Shown one piece after another: positions 57,426 through 64,000 of a stretch of DNA of 64,000 nt. Numbering within the stretch: position 1 is the stretch's first letter; every line of letters starts with the position of its first letter. Both the position numbers and the translations under genes were made by a program. The notes beneath the pieces are model-generated. The model was given only the letters and a program-made list of their open reading frames with translations, was not told the DNA's origin and did no database searches. This DNA comes from Macrostomum lignano (taxonomy: Eukaryota): contig NIVC01000010.1 in NCBI GenBank assembly GCA_002269645.1, positions 1,984,001 through 2,048,000 on the forward strand, read 5' to 3'.

Positions 57426-58852
57426 TAGAAAGTCAGGGGGCCTGTACACCCTGCGTGAGCGTGTGTGAGTGCGTGTCTGTGTACAGCATTGGCGCACAAT
57501 GTGAAGTGACGATGTCAGCGAATGCGTTGCGCGAAGATAAGCTTTGGTGATTCATTACCCTCCAAATGTCAAAATTTCCCAAAGGCCAATAAGTGTCGCA
57601 TGAATGTCCTTTTAACCGACTTAAAAAAGCCCACGAGTCTTTATCCATGCCTCCATGCCTGACAAGACGCAATTAAATATCAGTTAAATTAGACGTTGGT
57701 ATTTCTCTTTGCTCCCATTATCTTTATAGTTGATTTCTTATAGTTGTTACCAAATTTTCAATTGCTCAATAATTAGTTTTGCACTTTAGGCAATTCAATA
57801 TAGTAGTCTTAATAACTGCAAAAAATCCTGTTTATCCTGTATCCTGTAATGTCATTTCTAGTAGGGTACACAAATGATTGCTTTGAATCTCTATAATTTG
57901 CTTTTTTCATTTGTTTATTATGCAATAATTGTCTAGCTAGTTTATTGATTAATTTACCTGATTTCTTATTAATAATTATTAATGCATCACGTATGGTAGC
58001 ATTGTTTTCACGCTCATTCCGTTAAAGTTTTTACGGCAAAATTATTTTATTTTAGCTACTGTTTCTACTTTTGCGAGTAGTACGTTGTGCATATTCAGTA
58101 GATAGCTTCGTTTTTTGACCTGATCAGTAGAAGGACATTGTCTGAATATGAAATAGGAACTTTTCCATCACTTTGCCCGTGATCTCTGGTAGTCTGGCTC
58201 TAGTTGTCCCAGCGTTTTAATAGCCTGTTACTAACGTATTTTTTACATATCTTGCCGTTGTTTGTGTCCTGAAGTTTTCTAGTTTTTTATTTGATGTTCG
58301 TTTTTGAAACTATATTAACCGCGATTGGTAATTAGGAGCTTACATCTGATAGCGCCGAATAGTTGCTTAGAAAATAGGCAAGGTACACATGCCCATAGCT
58401 TGCCAATGCACTTCTTTATTAAAGATCATTCTTTTGTTGAAATTTTAGCTCAAGTGAGTTTTAGTTTGGTTTTGTTTGCCGGTACATGTACTCGTAAGTA
58501 CGCGCCGGGTTTTGCTAATAAACCAGACGATTTTGTTTGTAAGGAATTAGTCCGAGGTGCTCGTCACCGAAAATTTCAATTGTTTGATTTGAGTTTGTTT
58601 TTATTTTCTTTTGGATACATATGGTTTACTTCCACTGATTTCATCTGTGGTGTATTTTCGGCTCGAATTTAGGCATGTATTGTATTTTGCTGCATATGCA
58701 CCAACTGTTGGATAGACGTCTTATTCTCCTCAGTCACGGTTTGGAGTTCTAGCTGATGTGTCTCTTTACTGCGATGCAATTTTTTTTCACCGCATCGAAG
58801 GCATGAATGGAATCTTTGCACACTCTGCAGCAACTGTTGCATTCTAGCATAA

Positions 58853-58854
<2 letters not shown>

Positions 58855-58884
<30 letters not shown>
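58855..58884. repeat. (TC)n microsatellite upstream of the GPCR gene
   Basis: About 15 consecutive TC units. Confidence 0.9.
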
Positions 58885-58887
<3 letters not shown>

Positions 58888-59173
58888 CTGCTTCTCTTTT
58901 ACAATGGGGCGTATCAATGTGCGGGACGACAATGAAAAATGCAGTGCAGCCAACGCGAATAAGGTAAAATGAGTGGAGAGATAGATGGGCGGAGGGACTG
59001 GGTGTATAGTCGCTAAACAGCAGGACCCACCCACGGTACCCACCCATCTTTTTTTGGCGAAGTGGGTGTTTAGCAGTTAAAGCAGAACGAAACAAGGAGT
59101 TGTAATATAGCATCGCCAAACAAAAAAGGTAATATTAAAAATCAGAAGTTGCTTCATTCAAAGCGTCACAGCA

Positions 59174-62115
59174 ATGCGAAGTGAACCTCTTCTGCTGCTG
59201 CTACTGCAGCTTCTGTCTGTAGTCTACCAGCCAGCTGACGCTCAGGTGTGCCCTAGTGGCCGCGCTATTTCTAATCGACGCTTCGGGTTCACGAAATCGG
59301 CTGGTCAAGGCGTCAACGAGAGCTACGTTTATTTGGTGTTTGTCCAGGACGTCACTAGCAATTCGGGTCCGTTGGAATGCAGCGGGACTGCCAGCTTGTC
59401 GGCGATGCAACGATTGGAAGCCGGTCTGTGGGCCGCGTCCACCTTCCGCAGCCGGTACACGGGGGTGCTGTCGGGCGTGACCGTCGGATCCTTAGTGCTT
59501 GACGCGTGCCAGTCGGCTCTGATGCCGGCGCAGCTGCTGGGCAACTTGCAGTCCTGCGAGACTGTTTTCGGCAGCGATACTAGCACTCTAGTCGAGCCTC
59601 GCAACGTAGCCGCCTTTGTCGGCGTGGAATCAATGGACGAAGCTATGAACGCGTTTTCGGTTACCACCTCGTTCGGCAGGCCGGCTGTGACCTACAATCT
59701 GGCCTCCAGTTCGCTTCGCCGATCTGCCTACCCTCTCGTAGCTCGAGTGTCTCCCAGTGACCTGACTGAGCTCGATGCTCTGGTTCAGACACTGCTTCGT
59801 CTTGGTGTTCAACACGTCCAGGTGGTACACAGCGACGCCTCTGTGCAGGCCGGACGCTTTGTCACTCTGGCCGACTCGGCCCAGACTCGCCTCGCTTCGG
59901 CTGGAATCTGCGTAGTTAACAGGATCCCTATCTCCAGCACCGCCGCCTCATCCGTTAACGCTTTCTGGCGTATTCGACCTGTCCTGCTGCTCGTGACACG
60001 CTCCGATTTGATGTCATTTGCTTCCCAGATGCTGGCACTGAGACCTAGCAGCGGGACATTCACTTGGTTGCTGCTGGCTGAGCACTGGGACTCTGTCGGG
60101 TCGATAGTGGCTGGCAAAGAGAACTTTTTCTCTGGCGCTTTGGCAGTTGAGGTGTCAGCCACCGCGAACTACTCGGACTATCTCGCCTACTTTAGAGGAT
60201 TGCGACCGGACATGGCCGAATACCCGAAGAAGAATCCTTGGCTAGCAGATTTCTGGTCGGCTCATTTTGCCTGCAACTTACCGGGTAGCGCGAGTAGTAC
60301 TTATCCGACCACTTGCAACTATGCCAGCAATAATCTGCAGTCCATAGCCAGCGTACACGCGTCGGTTTATCGAGTAATCCAAAGCGTCGATCTTAGTCTG
60401 CACGCTCTCGAACTAATCCGACGTGATCTCTGCTTGTCCGGTGACGTCAGTTTGTGCTCGGCTTTCCGTTCCAACGCCAATCGCTACCGGCTCAGCTACG
60501 ACAAGCTGTTTCAATCCGCGAGTCTCGGCTACACAGATGTGGCGCTTGACCCAACCACAGGCGCTGCTAGCAAGTACAGCCTGTTCGTTAACAACTATCA
60601 AAAACGATATCCAGGCCATGCTTGGACTCGGGTTGCGGCCTACGCCTCCGGTAGCTTCAGTTTAACTGCTCAACCACAAGCCTATGGAACCGATGAACGA
60701 AACGTCACATGGGCGCCGAGCGGACTCTGCGATTCGCCCTGTCTTGCAAGGTGTCCTAGCAATGACACGTCTACAATGAGCCCGCCGACCACTGTTGGCA
60801 GCACGACTCTCGGTGGATCTGCGGCCACCACGAATTCGAGTTTTCTGTTGCAGACTCGCTACCGCATGCAGTACTGGGTGTACGCCCTGATTGTGTGCGC
60901 CAGTGTTGGCATAATCGTCACTCTCCTATTTATGATCTACATCCTGTTCAAGGTGCTCGCCCTGCCTTCCGAGCTAAAGAGCTTCAACACTCTCTGGTCG
61001 GGTCAGTTTCTTCTATTCTTCATTCTTGTCGGCTACGTTTTCCTGTTCGCCTGGGTGCCCTGGCCGTCCGTGGAGTCCTGCGGCACCATCCGGTTTATGC
61101 TAGGATTCGTTTACGCCGCCGTGTTCTCCATTCTAATGGTGAAGCTGCTCAATTTGATGAACGACCAGCTCAAACCAGTCTACCAGCTGTTGATGTTCGC
61201 ACTGGCCCTGTGCATCCAGGTTGCTGTCAATGTCGAGTGGCTGATCCTGGTGCCGATCACTACTCCCGTTGTTGATGGCATGCACCGCTGCGGTCACACC
61301 TTTGAGCAGCACCTGCAGTCGTTAGTTTACTGCATGGCTCTAATACTGCTTTGCACCTGTCTGGCAATTCGAGCTCACAGTATCGGGCGCAACAATCGCG
61401 AGTCAATTTTTGTTGGTTGCACGGCTGGTATCAGCATTCCGATTTGGATTGCCTGGTGCTTGGTCGGATCGCTAAACGATGTAAGTTTTTATAGGATTTT
61501 TATAGGACAATCTATAGCCAGTGTAATGAAACAATATCTCCCCGTTCGCTTCGCCAGGACATCGAAGTTAAAGACGCCAGTCAAGCCTTTGGTCTGTTTG
61601 TCAACCTGACGCTGGTCCTTTTGGTTGTCTTCCTGCCGAAGATTCATCAACTTCGCCGACTGGAGGATGCCAAAGAGGCGCCGGACGATATTGCGGTCGA
61701 CGTTGTAGACGACATGTACGACCTGGAGGATGCATACGCTAAAGAGCCGATCTACATGCTGACCCAGGGTGCGCCTAGCGTAGTCAGCGAGACGGCTGGC
61801 TTGGGCCAAGTCTACCAGCTCGCCTCCCCGGATGGCTTGGCCTTGCCCTCTCCTGCTGGCTACGCTAGGGCCAGGTCACTGCAAGGTGATCCCATCGTAC
61901 TGCCCTTGTCGCCCGGCATCAACGGCAGCGGCGGCGGCCCCCGTTCGGTGATCCTGGGCACGCGGACTCCGCGAAAGGCGTATTCGGACTACAATCCGTC
62001 TGGCGCCAGTCCGCGCGCCCCGCTGGACAGAACTGACGGGGGCGCGGCGGCGGCGGCCGGCGTCAACTCCAAGGGAACGAAAACCGAACGGCTGGCCAAG
62101 CTGGGCTTCCTCTGA
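59174..62115 (+). CDS. Class C (glutamate-family) GPCR, mGluR-like but divergent, ~954 aa, 2 exons
   Basis: Exons 59174-61480 and 61558-62115 (77-nt GT-AG intron, phase 0). Signal peptide LLLLLLQLLSVV, Venus-flytrap-like ectodomain (RLEA, LDAC, ARVSPSD, NPWLADFW..HFAC), seven hydrophobic segments with C in TM3 (ESCGTIRF), NRES in ICL3, and FLPK at the end of TM7. Confidence 0.88.
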
Positions 62116-63072
62116 GCACTTAAATCCTAATTTGGGAGTTGGTAATGCTTTAAAACTGTGTTGCACTTGCCTGAACTCTGAACCTGTAGAACCATTCTGG
62201 ACTACATTCTCAGTAAGCTAACATAGACAAATTTACTTCATTTAAATTTATTTCGTTTTAATGGCTCCACTCAGTGTAAGACCGATCGTCCACGAAGTAG
62301 TTGAATGTGGGTTCGTACATAAAAACATTATTTTTATATTGAGTTTTAACTCAAGTTTTATTCCCACACGTTATGTTTCAACTTTTAACTTGAATGTCTG
62401 TGCTGTGTTTGTCTCCCCCGCTAGATATTTTTACCAGTTTATAATAAAGGTTTTCTTGTAATCTGTTTTAACAAATCTTCTACTTTCTCATTTCTTTTAA
62501 TAATTACTTACTCGGTAAATCCACTAGTACTATGTTCGTTTAATCTTCCATATCAGTTATTGTTAATGGAATGGATCTGTGCTGCCATCATTATATTTTA
62601 TTATTTGCGTATGACGTACCGAAACACACGGGCTGTAGTGTAATAAAAGCATCGTATCCTTCATATTAAGGTAAACTATTTTTTATAGCACACTGTTCTA
62701 CAATACAATCTTTAATTTAAGTAGGCATGCAGAATCACAGTGTGTGTTGCGCTAATTTCTTTGTTATTTCCTTATCAAACTTAATTTTGTTATCTTTATC
62801 AATAATTTATGAATGCAGTATACAATAGAATTAGCAACAACAAATAAATTTGCTAAACCGTGTCAAAATAAATCTGTTTTCGTCGATATAGCTAGTATAT
62901 AAAGCTAGACTATAACTGTCTGTTTGATTGAAGAGATGAATTTGAGACCCATCTGTGCATATAAAAGTGCATTGAAGAAAAGGAAAGAGATAATTTGAGA
63001 TAATGGGGAGATAGCAAAATGAAAGTGGTAAAGGGGTTGAGAAAGAAAGAGACTGCAGAATATGAGAGTTTA

Positions 63073-64000
63073 AAGAGGGTTGTTTGAAAAAATCGCGACC
63101 TAGTAGCACAGACATGAGATTTGGTAGCTAAAAATGAGCGTTTTATTTCTTAACATACTGTAGTCCCCCATCAAGTCGATGATACACCTAAAGGATTATC
63201 CAGCGATGCTCAGGTGACCTGATATACTGTCTGAGTAGAACTCAATTGTTGGAGTGCACAAAAAACTATTCTGCTATGACCTCATCATCCCACTAGAGCT
63301 GTTGAAGCAGATAAAAGTCTGGCGGTACGAGGTCCATTCGTGAATGGCCACCGACTTGTGCGGCGGTGCCAATTGTCCTGCAGCAGCAGTACGGCGCCTC
63401 AGCTGAGCTTCCCCTCCACACGTTCTCATATGGCATTAAAACTCTCAGCTGTTGCGGCAGGTCTAACTCGTAGTACGCCCTCGTGATGGTATGGTCCTTT
63501 GCCAGGTAGCCACAGGCACACATCATCAGCATCGCAGAAGACTACGGCCATCACCTTTCCTGCTTACGGGGCCAGCCTTCGCTTTCCCACTGCTTAAACT
63601 GCATATGCTGCTTGTTGGACTCTGGCTGGAAATAGTGGACTTCAAGGTTTCGTTCACCGTCACCAAACGCTGCAGAAATCGATTGGGGTCAGCCTTAGAA
63701 AACTGATCGAAGATTCTGCTCAGCTGCAATCCGCGAGGATGATGTTGTCTGTCAATAATTTTGTCTGTCATTTGTGTTGTGGCGATTGTTGCGGGCTTTC
63801 CAGACCGCGGAAGGTCGTCTTCCAATTAAGCTTTTCTCTAAAAATTCCGCCGACCACTTTTTAACAGTGGTGTACATGCTCGATGGTGCGTCACGTAAAC
63901 AAGGATGCATAGCCACCATGTCGAAATGGCCTGATTTCCTGTTGCGTCATTAATTGCCTTCAAGCGCAAATACTTTATAATAGCGCTGTGCTTGGTTTTA
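63073..64000 (-). pseudogene. Decayed mariner (D,D34D-type) transposase with remnant TIR; continues beyond the window
   Basis: Frame-shifted motifs on the minus strand: HSAIIKYLRLK, TTVKKWSAEF, EDDLPRSGKP, FLQRLVTVNET (cf. FLRRIVTGDETW), KVMAVVF, LLQDN, DLVPPDFYL (cf. DLAPSDFYL), DDEVIA, HRW, GDY. A TIR-like gagggttgtttgaaaaaatcgcgacct lies at ~63075. Confidence 0.85.

Noticed and set aside
59174-62115. Calling the GPCR a bona fide metabotropic glutamate receptor (GRM)
   Set aside because: The ligand-binding motifs and the cysteine-rich domain are not conserved, so no gene symbol was assigned.

Overview
Eukaryotic (metazoan, invertebrate-like) genomic DNA with GT-AG introns. The GC-rich exons and minisatellite-stuffed introns would fit a flatworm such as Macrostomum, but that is an unverified guess. 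No prokaryotic features, CRISPR arrays, rRNA or tRNA genes were seen. The main feature is a minus-strand gene (about 6649-43596) whose penultimate exon is a single open ~30.2-kb coding exon (6857-37075). By hand I chained it with phase-consistent splice sites to seven small upstream exons (coiled-coil N-terminus) and one short terminal exon. The result is a ~10,500-aa Ser/Asp/Glu-rich, apparently disordered protein with nested tandem repeats (66/174-nt monomers forming a 1332-nt higher-order repeat). Three plus-strand genes follow: an ATG4 cysteine protease (3 exons), an ABCD4-like half transporter (8 exons) and a divergent class C GPCR (2 exons). The left end holds a ~1.4-kb inverted-repeat pair with inward-facing CCAAT/TATA motifs, interrupted by a solo-LTR-like insertion, plus several MITE-like hairpins. 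A mariner-type MITE sits just after the ABCD4 stop and a decayed mariner transposase runs off the right end. Many introns carry their own minisatellite, and some of these overlap splice signals. All exon coordinates were derived by eye and need RNA-seq confirmation.
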